Below, piece by piece: positions 54,390-62,202 of a stretch of 64,000 nucleotides of DNA. The first letter of the stretch is position 1, and each line of letters opens with the position of its first letter. Source of the stretch: Escherichia phage HildyBeyeler; sequence record MZ501074; one strand, written 5' to 3'. A program made the position numbers and the translations under genes. The notes under the pieces were generated by a model. The model saw nothing but the letters and a program-made list of their open reading frames with translations. It searched no databases and was not told where the DNA came from.

Positions 54390-54497
54390 CTGTATATTTA
54401 TACAGTAGGATAACCTGTGGATAAGTCTGTGGATAAGCCCTTATATCGCCGCCTATTGTGTCAAATCATTTTGTGCTGTGATTAAGTCTGTGGATAA
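54390..54497 (-). promoter_or_regulatory. right inverted repeat with three DnaA boxes (reverse orientation) and palindrome
   Basis: TGTGGATAA at 54416, 54428, 54489; CTGTATATTTATACAG at 54390-54405; mirrors 50823-50936. Confidence 0.8.
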
Positions 54498-54538
54498 CTT
54501 AAATGATAGTTTTTCTCACTTAGGCCGATAGTTTCTTA

Positions 54539-54580
54539 TAGTGATTATTTTTATAGTGATTATTTTTATAGTTATTATTT
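54539..54580 (+). repeat. tandem 15-bp AT-rich repeats (ATAGTGATTATTTTT)
   Basis: Two perfect units plus one degenerate, read directly. Confidence 0.6.
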
Positions 54581-55247
54581 CTCATTAATTTATATGTATA
54601 TTATATAATATGAAATAGTTAGTTGGCTAATGAGATTTTACGGGATTAGTAGTCTGCTAATGGTTCAGGCTGTTACAATCCACCAGCACGATTATCATTC
54701 TAGTAATTATTAGTCTGCTATCTTTCTAATACACAACAACAAATAAAAGTCAATTAATTAATTTTATAAAATAACTCATTTAGTCTTGATTTTTAAAAGT
54801 CAATACCTTTTACAACTATTTTTCAATTTTGCTTTTATTAAATATTTGTTAAGTCGAAAATAAGCCGCCTAAAACGCCCTAGAAAGCGGTAAAATTTTCA
54901 GGTATCCCATCATAAGGGGATAGCCCGTTTATCGTCACCTGATGGATTCTAGAAAAATCAAGTAGGGCAAGGCAAATATAAGTGAAAAAATTACTTGCCT
55001 ATCTGCTATGTTTTGTGGTATCCGCGCGCCCGTTTCCTTTAAACTTGGGCAATCGCCGGACACCTTGCTTTCTTTACATTTCTTTACAAAAATAAGGTTG
55101 CGCCATTTTTGGTATTTGCTATTATTTACCTCGTAGGGCGGCAATGACGAACTACACGGCGGGAAGTTTACCGCCGCGCTCTTTAAAAATTGGGTATATC
55201 TTAAAGTCTATCGGCGGCAAACTTATACATTATAAGGAATCGCAGAT

Positions 55248-55451
55248 ATGAAACAAACTTTATTGATCACTGGCAAGCCAGCTAAAAAACTGGATGGCAA
55301 TACTAGAAAGCTGTTGACAGTAGCGCAAAGATCAGTAAAATATCGATTTAAGCAGTACAAGAAAGGCCGCCAGCAAGGTCTAGAAATGATCTGGCGAAAT
55401 ATTATGATCGACCTAAAGGAAAATCATAAAAAACTGCAAAAAATTGTTTGA
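55248..55451 (+). CDS. hypothetical basic protein
   Basis: ORF track; AAGGAA RBS. Confidence 0.4.
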   Translation: MKQTLLITGKPAKKLDGNTRKLLTVAQRSVKYRFKQYKKGRQQGLEMIWRNIMIDLKENHKKLQKIV

Positions 55452-55679
55452 CAACCTAGCCGATAGGCTTTAAGATGTACCCAGTTCGATAAGAGCGATA
55501 ACTTGATACAATTTGACGGCCGGTACTTGCCATAATGTGCCCCGCCCCCTAACTGGGATATAGCGGCCCGCGTGGAGTTCTTTAAATTGATTATATTGGC
55601 AAGCGGATTTTTTCTTATTACCTGCTAGAAAGTAGCAGGTAATGCGGAACAATCCACTAAATAAACTGGAGTTTATACT

Positions 55680-55931
55680 ATGCAAAACATTACTAATGCG
55701 CCGAAAGTTGGTCAATCCGTTTTTATCCCTTTCGTTACTAAAACGGACGAGGCAACCGGAAAGGCCGAACGCATCAAAGGCGCGGCGCTTATGCCGTTTG
55801 ATGTGATTGATGCGGTATACGCTGAAACGGAACAGAGTAACAACGGGAAAACCGTTTTTAGCGTTCGCGTTAAATCCGGCGACGTTGTAAAGGTTGCCCA
55901 GCGTAACGAAAAATGGGAAGCTGTAGCGTAA
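55680..55931 (+). CDS. hypothetical protein
   Basis: ORF track; followed by CCCCCAG...CGGGGGG hairpin. Confidence 0.45.
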   Translation: MQNITNAPKVGQSVFIPFVTKTDEATGKAERIKGAALMPFDVIDAVYAETEQSNNGKTVFSVRVKSGDVVKVAQRNEKWEAVA

Positions 55932-56034
55932 TATAGTGTTAACTTTATATTCCCCCAGTAGTTCGGGGGGAATATAACGATTAACATTATGTTAATCATT
56001 TAATCCCTTAAATTAAATCGATAGGAGCTATATC

Positions 56035-56451
56035 ATGACTAACGTTAAAGCCGAAAAATCCGCAAAATTTGCTTGGAATGAAGAAAACACCCAGCAGGCG
56101 GTTACTATGTATCAGCAGTTAATTAATGAAAACGGATTAGATTTTGCAAATAGCGACGGTTTAAAAGAGATTGCGAAAGCAGTTGGCGCGGCTTCTCCCG
56201 TGTCCGTTCGGTCAAAATTGACCAGCGCGAAAGCCTATCAAAAAAGCGATAAGCCGCGCAAAGTTGGCGGCGGCAGTTCAATCCGCAAAGCGCATTACGT
56301 GCGCGTTATTGCAAAACATGCCATCGATTCCGGCATTATCAAGGACGCCGATGATCTGGCATCACTGGAAAGCGCAAAATTAGAAACGTTGGACGTCGTG
56401 GCGCAGATGTTAGGCGTTGCCGATGAAGTAAAACAAGCCGCAGGCGAATAA
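56035..56451 (+). CDS. hypothetical protein
   Basis: ORF track; GGAG RBS. Confidence 0.45.
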   Translation: MTNVKAEKSAKFAWNEENTQQAVTMYQQLINENGLDFANSDGLKEIAKAVGAASPVSVRSKLTSAKAYQKSDKPRKVGGGSSIRKAHYVRVIAKHAIDSGIIKDADDLASLESAKLETLDVVAQMLGVADEVKQAAGE

Positions 56452-56540
56452 TAGTTATATCTTGCCCCTTCTAGCGAGGGGGCAATAATATAACTGTTTA
56501 GCGATAGTTATTTTCTTCCCCTAAATCAGGAGTTTTAAAA

Positions 56541-56738
56541 ATGATCTTTTACCCTACTGAATCGCTCATTCTAGGATTATTTATTATGGCGGCCTCATTA
56601 TTGTTTGCTTATTTCCAAAATGATCTGGATTCGTATTATTTTAAGCGCAAAGCTAAATTAGCAAAGCGGTTGGGCTTACTTTGCTTAATTGCCGCCGTTG
56701 CTTGTGGTGTTAGTTCTAGCCTGATGCCGATTAGTTAA
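56541..56738 (+). CDS. hypothetical membrane protein
   Basis: ORF track; two TM helices; hairpin ATAACGCC...GGCGTTAT downstream. Confidence 0.4.
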   Translation: MIFYPTESLILGLFIMAASLLFAYFQNDLDSYYFKRKAKLAKRLGLLCLIAAVACGVSSSLMPIS

Positions 56739-56835
56739 ATATCGCAAGTTATAACGCCTATTATTTAAGGCGTTATATCTGGCAATATTGCCAATAACAA
56801 ACGTTTTTTAATCCCTTTAATGGAGTTTTATTATT

Positions 56836-58506
56836 ATGGTTATTTCCGCAGAAAAACAAACCCAGATCCTCAACCTTGCCGCTGATTTCAATTTCTATGG
56901 TAAACGTCTGCGCGCTACTAAGCTGGAAGTTTGTGACGATATTTCAAAAGCTGTTTATGATACGCCGAAACATTCCACCGCTATTTGTGACTGGTTGGAA
57001 GCAAATAAACCAGCGAAACCGAAAGCGGCGAAAGTAGCAAAAGCCATAAAAAACGATGACCGCCCTGAAGCCGCTGGAGTTATTTCTAGCACGGTGGAGC
57101 AATGGGAAGTAAAACAAGGCAAACGCTTTATCATTACATCGATTCAGAATAATACTTTCCCGCATAAAAACTTTTTGGCCGCGCTTGAACAATATGCCCA
57201 ATTTATTGGAGCTGATTTGCTGGTTAGCAAGTATATTTATAATAAAAACGGTTTTCAAAATGGGGAAGGGGCAGACGGAATCAAATATGATTCTGCATTT
57301 GACAAATATATTTGCAGCAAAAACGTGTTTTTAAATAACCGCCGCTTTGCTTTCATGGCTGAAATTAATGTTTTGCCAACCGCAGATTATCCGCTATCTG
57401 GATTTGCTGAAACTGCAACCGCGCTTAATCTGGAAGGTCTGGCAATTGGTCACGCTAAAATCACCGCCGAAAGCGTGCCAGCTTTAAAAGGTGAAGTAGT
57501 GCGCCGCATGTATTCAACCGGAACGGCAACGCTAAAAAATTACATTCAGCAGAAGGCAGGGCAAAAAGCGGAAGCGTTACATAATTTTGGTGCGCTGATT
57601 GTCGAGTTCGACGAGGACGGAGAATTTTTTGTTCGCCAGCTTGAAACGATGGACGAAAGCGGCGTTTTTTACGATTTGAATATTTGCGCCACTCCCACCG
57701 GATGCTATGAAACAACGGGGCACGTTTTAGGTTTACAGTATGGTGACATCCACGCTGAAAAATTAGATGAAGAGTGCGCCGCTGCATCATGGGGGCATGG
57801 TGATACCTATGGGCTTGTGGATATTCTCAAACCAAAATATCAATTCGTCCATGACGTGCATGATTTTACATCACGCAACCATCACAACCGCGCCTCCGGT
57901 GTATTCCTAGCAAAACAGTACGCCGCCGGACGTGATAAGGTTCTGGATGATCTTATCGATACGGGGCGCGTACTGGAAGCAATGGAGCGTGATTTCTCTC
58001 AAACAATCATTGTTGAATCGAATCACGATCTGGCGTTATCCCGCTGGCTTGATGATCGTAATGCTAACATTAAAGACGACCCAGCAAACGCGGAACTATA
58101 TCACCGCCTGAATGCCGCGATTTACGGAGCTATCGCAGAAAAAGACGAAACCTTCAACGTGCTTGATTATGCGTTGCGCAAGGTTGCAGGTTGCGAGTTT
58201 AACGCCATTTTCCTAACGACTGACCAATCTTTCAAGATTGCAGGCATTGAATGCGGCGTACACGGTCACAATGGCATTAACGGGAGTCGTGGCAATCCTA
58301 AACAGTTTAAGAAATTGGGCAAATTAAACACGGGGCATACTCATACGGCAAGCATTTACGGCGGTGTATATACCGCTGGCGTTGCTGGTAGTCTGGACAT
58401 GGGTTACAACGTTGGCGCGTCAAGCTGGACGCAAACGCATATTATTACCTATGTAAACGGTCAGCGCACTTTGATTGACTTTAAGAATGGTAAATTTTTC
58501 GCATAA
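56836..58506 (+). CDS. A1: A1-like pre-early protein, metallophosphoesterase-type nuclease
   Basis: 556 aa; GDIH, ESNHD and GVHGHNG phosphoesterase motifs; size and context recalled to match T5 A1. Confidence 0.5.
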   Translation: MVISAEKQTQILNLAADFNFYGKRLRATKLEVCDDISKAVYDTPKHSTAICDWLEANKPAKPKAAKVAKAIKNDDRPEAAGVISSTVEQWEVKQGKRFIITSIQNNTFPHKNFLAALEQYAQFIGADLLVSKYIYNKNGFQNGEGADGIKYDSAFDKYICSKNVFLNNRRFAFMAEINVLPTADYPLSGFAETATALNLEGLAIGHAKITAESVPALKGEVVRRMYSTGTATLKNYIQQKAGQKAEALHNFGALIVEFDEDGEFFVRQLETMDESGVFYDLNICATPTGCYETTGHVLGLQYGDIHAEKLDEECAAASWGHGDTYGLVDILKPKYQFVHDVHDFTSRNHHNRASGVFLAKQYAAGRDKVLDDLIDTGRVLEAMERDFSQTIIVESNHDLALSRWLDDRNANIKDDPANAELYHRLNAAIYGAIAEKDETFNVLDYALRKVAGCEFNAIFLTTDQSFKIAGIECGVHGHNGINGSRGNPKQFKKLGKLNTGHTHTASIYGGVYTAGVAGSLDMGYNVGASSWTQTHIITYVNGQRTLIDFKNGKFFA

Positions 58507-58561
58507 TTAAATTATTCCCTAGCGGCTTGAAATATAGCCGCTATTACAGGAGCCACAAAAA

Positions 58562-58852
58562 ATGAAAATTAATTTACCTAGCAATGAATTTTCCCCTAAA
58601 ACTTCTTTACTAGATGATATTTCTTATCAAGATGCTTATATAAATGAGGAAGTATATCGCGCTTGTTCTGACCTCCTAGAATATCCCGATTATCCAATCT
58701 ATAAAGGTGATTTCATTATACCCGTTTATAATGGTGTGCTAGTAGTAGGCAAAGCTGGGGTTATTGTTATAGATAGTTGTACATTGTCACAAGAAACGTT
58801 TAAAGTGCCACTAGAGTTAACTAATTATTCTCCTAGTATTACAGTACAATAA
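58562..58852 (+). CDS. hypothetical protein
   Basis: ORF track. Confidence 0.4.
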   Translation: MKINLPSNEFSPKTSLLDDISYQDAYINEEVYRACSDLLEYPDYPIYKGDFIIPVYNGVLVVGKAGVIVIDSCTLSQETFKVPLELTNYSPSITVQ

Positions 58853-58889
58853 ATTAAGTCCCTTATTAAACTAATTGGAGTTTATAAAT

Positions 58890-59282
58890 ATGAAAAAGCA
58901 AAATATCCCATTCGATCGCGCTCAGTCTTCTATCGTTCTGGTTTATTCTAATGGTGCGCGGTATCACGTCGAGGCCGGTCACGTTGTCGATGACTTAATC
59001 GAGTTTAATGACGTTTTGCAGGTTACTACTTTCGCCTATACCACGGGCAAGCTATCCAGCCGCATCAAGGCGAAAGGCGTTCACATTGACACGATGAAAC
59101 AAGAAACCATCATTATTGACGCGGTAAAATCCGGCCTAGCCTTTGCAGTTGTCGCGCCTTGCCCCGCTTGCCTTGATGATCAGCTAATGAGCGCAAAAGT
59201 ATTTACTTGTGCGGGGATTCGTTCCGATGTATCAGGTGAAGATATTAGTTTTATCGCTGATGCGCTGGCTTATGGTCTTTGA
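58890..59282 (+). CDS. A2-like pre-early protein (about 15 kDa)
   Basis: ATG 58890 after GGAG; position between A1-like and dmp-like genes. Confidence 0.35.
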   Translation: MKKQNIPFDRAQSSIVLVYSNGARYHVEAGHVVDDLIEFNDVLQVTTFAYTTGKLSSRIKAKGVHIDTMKQETIIIDAVKSGLAFAVVAPCPACLDDQLMSAKVFTCAGIRSDVSGEDISFIADALAYGL

Positions 59283-59320
59283 TAGTTGATTTATTATTGC
59301 CCGCTGATAAATAGCGGGCA

Positions 59321-60097
59321 ATGCTGGATAAACTAAATCCCTTTAATGGAGAACGTAACAAAATGAATCAAGTTAAAACGAATATTACCCGTAATTTCCC
59401 GCATGTTTCCCGCGTCATGATCTGGGATCTGGATGGCACTATCGTTAACTCATTCCATCGCGTAGCGCCTTGCTTTGATAGTGATGGTAATCTAGATCTG
59501 AATAAGTATAAAAATGAAGCGTGCAAACATGATTTAATAATGCAAGATACTTTATTGCCGCTTGTTACATATATGCGCCAATGCATGAATGACGCAAATA
59601 CTTTAAACATTATTTGTACCGCTCGACTGATGAGCAAGTCGGACTATTATTATTTGCGCAAACAAGGCTTGCGAGGGCGTGGGAATAGCAATATCCGTGT
59701 ATTTTCCCGCGATACACTGCATAAGTATTTTGAAGCTGATAAAGTTAGCGAAATATACCACAGTAAGGACGCAGTTTATAAAAGCCACTACTTTGAGTTA
59801 TTTAAGCAGTTATATCCGAACGCTGATTTCACGATGATAGACGATCATAAAGGTGTGCTAGCAGCGGCGGCATCATACGGATTTAAAACGTTGGACGCGC
59901 AAGCCGTTAACGATATTCTATCAATCGGTGTTACATTGATAGGCGAAACCTTTATCGACGAATCTCTTGAGGATGATAATGATTATCAGTTCCTAGTCGA
60001 TCGCTTGCAATTATGTTGGGAAAGTATGACCGAGGAAGAACGCGCAGAATATAGTTGCAGCCCGCAACAATATATCGAGAAACTAAAAGTTGCATAG
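59321..60097 (+). CDS. dmp: HAD-superfamily 5-prime deoxyribonucleotidase-like protein
   Basis: MIWDLDGTIVNS HAD motif I; 258 aa; pre-early context. Confidence 0.55.
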   Translation: MLDKLNPFNGERNKMNQVKTNITRNFPHVSRVMIWDLDGTIVNSFHRVAPCFDSDGNLDLNKYKNEACKHDLIMQDTLLPLVTYMRQCMNDANTLNIICTARLMSKSDYYYLRKQGLRGRGNSNIRVFSRDTLHKYFEADKVSEIYHSKDAVYKSHYFELFKQLYPNADFTMIDDHKGVLAAAASYGFKTLDAQAVNDILSIGVTLIGETFIDESLEDDNDYQFLVDRLQLCWESMTEEERAEYSCSPQQYIEKLKVA

Positions 60098-60103
60098 TAA
60101 TTA

Positions 60104-60140
60104 AAGTTGATATTGTTTCACCTTGCAATTAAAATGGTTG
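60104..60140. terminator. bidirectional terminator, perfect 14-bp hairpin
   Basis: GTTTCACCTTGCAA-TTAAAATGG-TTGCAAGGTGAAAC between convergent genes. Confidence 0.7.
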
Positions 60141-60272
60141 CAAGGTGAAACAGTTAGCATGATAATAGTAACGGGGGTGGCGGTTAGCAGACTAAGTATT
60201 TTCGCCCAGCCCACTGCACCCACCCACGCGTACGTAATCCAAAGAATTTGGCAAAAGTCATTTTAGCGCTAA

Positions 60273-60812
60273 TTACCTGTTTAATTGGGCAACGTCTGGT
60301 ATACTTCCTTTGAACATCTCCTGTATTGCAAAGTCACCATGAAATGTCCTTCTTAGTAAATTTGCATAATTTACGGCATCTTCTAATTCGCTATAGGGAA
60401 AGTACTTAGTAGTGCCCCTTATCAGCCCCTGTTTATCGTGTAATCTTACCATCCACTTCTGAAGTTCTTTATGCCATGTAACATTTAGATAGCCTGATGA
60501 TGCTCTTGAGATTCTGCCATTATGATTATTCTCTGTAATTGAAGCCTCTCTTAAATTTGACCATCTATTATTTAGTTTATTCCTATCTATGTGGTCTACA
60601 CATTCCTCTGGCCATCTATTCTCCATAATAACAAAAGCTACTTGATGTGCATAAGCTTTAAACCCTCGATACTTGAGCTGCCTATATCCCCTATTTAAAG
60701 TACCTGCTTCTTTACCCTTACGATTGCCGCTTTTCCAGGTAAAAACTCCAGTTTCGGGGTCATAAGCAAATACTTCTTGTATTTCCTGTATATTTAGATT
60801 ATTCTTCACCAT
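60273..60812 (-). CDS. HNH homing endonuclease
   Basis: HQVAFVIMENRWPEECVDHIDRN...NRWSNLREAS HNH signature. Confidence 0.65.
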   Translation of the reverse strand: MVKNNLNIQEIQEVFAYDPETGVFTWKSGNRKGKEAGTLNRGYRQLKYRGFKAYAHQVAFVIMENRWPEECVDHIDRNKLNNRWSNLREASITENNHNGRISRASSGYLNVTWHKELQKWMVRLHDKQGLIRGTTKYFPYSELEDAVNYANLLRRTFHGDFAIQEMFKGSIPDVAQLNR

Positions 60813-60854
60813 GAACCTCCATGTGTAATCTTATGAAATTTGGCAAAAGTCAAA

Positions 60855-61100
60855 TTAGTGCATAGAAGGGTCATCAAACCTGTGTTCTGGTCTAAACTCA
60901 CGGAATCTCTTCCGCGACGCCCGAGAACCATCATTCCACTCCCGTTCAAACTCCGCACGTTTCTCATCGAACTTCCGCTCCCTTTCCGCAATCTCCCGCG
61001 ATACTTCCGCAATATATTTACGATGCCTGTCGATAGCCGCAGTCATCCCGAAAACTCCCGCAAGTACCCCGATAATAAAAGCAATTATAATACTAAACAT
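60855..61100 (-). CDS. mini membrane protein (array member a)
   Basis: ORF track; N-terminal TM IIIAFIIGVLAGVFG then charged tail. Confidence 0.45.
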   Translation of the reverse strand: MFSIIIAFIIGVLAGVFGMTAAIDRHRKYIAEVSREIAERERKFDEKRAEFEREWNDGSRASRKRFREFRPEHRFDDPSMH

Positions 61101-61287
61101 CTAATTCCCTCTCAATTTGCAGAATACGGGTGCTACCACAACGTTGCAGTAGTACTAGCTTTTCTAGAGCAACTTGTTGTTGTTTTACTTGAGCTTCTAG
61201 AGTTTTTAGGCGAACATACGCGTTATAAGAAACAATGAAAGTTGCCCAGACTAGTATTACTATTAGTGTAGCTACTATTTCCATCAT
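61093..61287 (-). CDS. mini membrane protein (array member b)
   Basis: ORF track; TM helix then coiled coil. Confidence 0.45.
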   Translation of the reverse strand: MMEIVATLIVILVWATFIVSYNAYVRLKTLEAQVKQQQVALEKLVLLQRCGSTRILQIERELDV

Positions 61288-61391
61288 TTACGCTTCTCCG
61301 TTAATAAGGTTTCAATTCTAGCTAAGTGATTATCTAAAATACATTGCCCGATAATCACAATCCCTAGTAGTGCAATAATTACCCATTCCAT
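61284..61391 (-). CDS. mini membrane protein (array member c, 35 aa)
   Basis: Hand translation MEWVIIALLGIVIIG...RIETLLTEKRK; ATGA/TAATG coupling; not in ORF track. Confidence 0.4.
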   Translation of the reverse strand: MEWVIIALLGIVIIGQCILDNHLARIETLLTEKRK

Positions 61392-61546
61392 TATTTACGC
61401 TCCTCTAATAAAGTTTCAATTCTAGATAATCTATTGCTCAACTGCATTAATTTAACCTCTACTTGGGTTACAGAGGTATCTATTACACGTAAGCCTACAA
61501 AGAGAAGTATTAGTAAGACGAATATGCCAATAATTACCCATTCCAT
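61391..61546 (-). CDS. mini membrane protein (array member d, paralog of c)
   Basis: Start MEWVIIGIFVLL at internal ATG of track ORF; C-terminus RIETLLEERK. Confidence 0.45.
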   Translation of the reverse strand: MEWVIIGIFVLLILLFVGLRVIDTSVTQVEVKLMQLSNRLSRIETLLEERK

Positions 61547-61683
61547 TAAATCCACCCCGCCATAGCTGCTAACCAAAAACCTACGAAAATAAAGAATAGA
61601 ATAGTTCCGAATCCAAAGCTATTAATCCAGCTATCGTACACTTCCCCACGTCTACTTTTTCTTCTGTTTGACATATCTTTCAT
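61546..61683 (-). CDS. mini membrane protein (array member e, C-terminal TM)
   Basis: Hand translation MKDMSNRRKSRRGEV...TILFFIFVGFWLAAMAGWI; TAATG coupling to d; not in ORF track. Confidence 0.4.
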   Translation of the reverse strand: MKDMSNRRKSRRGEVYDSWINSFGFGTILFFIFVGFWLAAMAGWI

Positions 61684-61850
61684 GCTCCTATAAGTGCGGT
61701 ATTTGAAATATTCTATAACTTGTGCACAACCAACCGTGCCTATGAACTCCTAGAAGGACTTCTACTTTTCCTACCTAGTGGTTTCTGCCAGTACACCATC
61801 CGAGAAATAAAAAATTTAGTTTACTTGGATGTCTTTTTGCTTTATACTAA

Positions 61851-62117
61851 TTACAGGTAGTTAGATTGCTCTAGTTTAAATTTACAATCACCGTATTTAA
61901 GATCAAACTGACTGAGATCCCACCACCCAAACTTAGTACGGAGCTGTACTACTGGAAAGCGATCTCCCTTAATACGAACTTTTTGAACCTTGAGGCCGTA
62001 ATGCTCCTCCCCAGCACCGCCAAAAGATTTTACAAATCCCGTACAAAATGGTTTGGGAGCAGGTGCACAACCAGATAACATAGCTGCGGCAACTAGTGCA
62101 ATTACAAACTTTTTCAT
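61851..62117 (-). CDS. llp: Llp-like lipoprotein (candidate receptor-blocking superinfection exclusion protein)
   Basis: Signal peptide with lipobox LSGC; divergent from receptor-binding-protein gene as in T5. Confidence 0.5.
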   Translation of the reverse strand: MKKFVIALVAAAMLSGCAPAPKPFCTGFVKSFGGAGEEHYGLKVQKVRIKGDRFPVVQLRTKFGWWDLSQFDLKYGDCKFKLEQSNYL

Positions 62118-62202
62118 ATTTATCTCTCCATTTCTAATTTATGAATCTATTATAGCAAAATAGAGGGATGAAAGCAAATACATTTTTATAATAGGAGATT
62201 AT

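Noticed and set aside
50823-54497. Transposon or insertion sequence bounded by inverted repeats
   Set aside because: No transposase-like gene inside, no direct target-site duplication at the arm ends, and the arms are DnaA-box clusters rather than typical terminal inverted repeats
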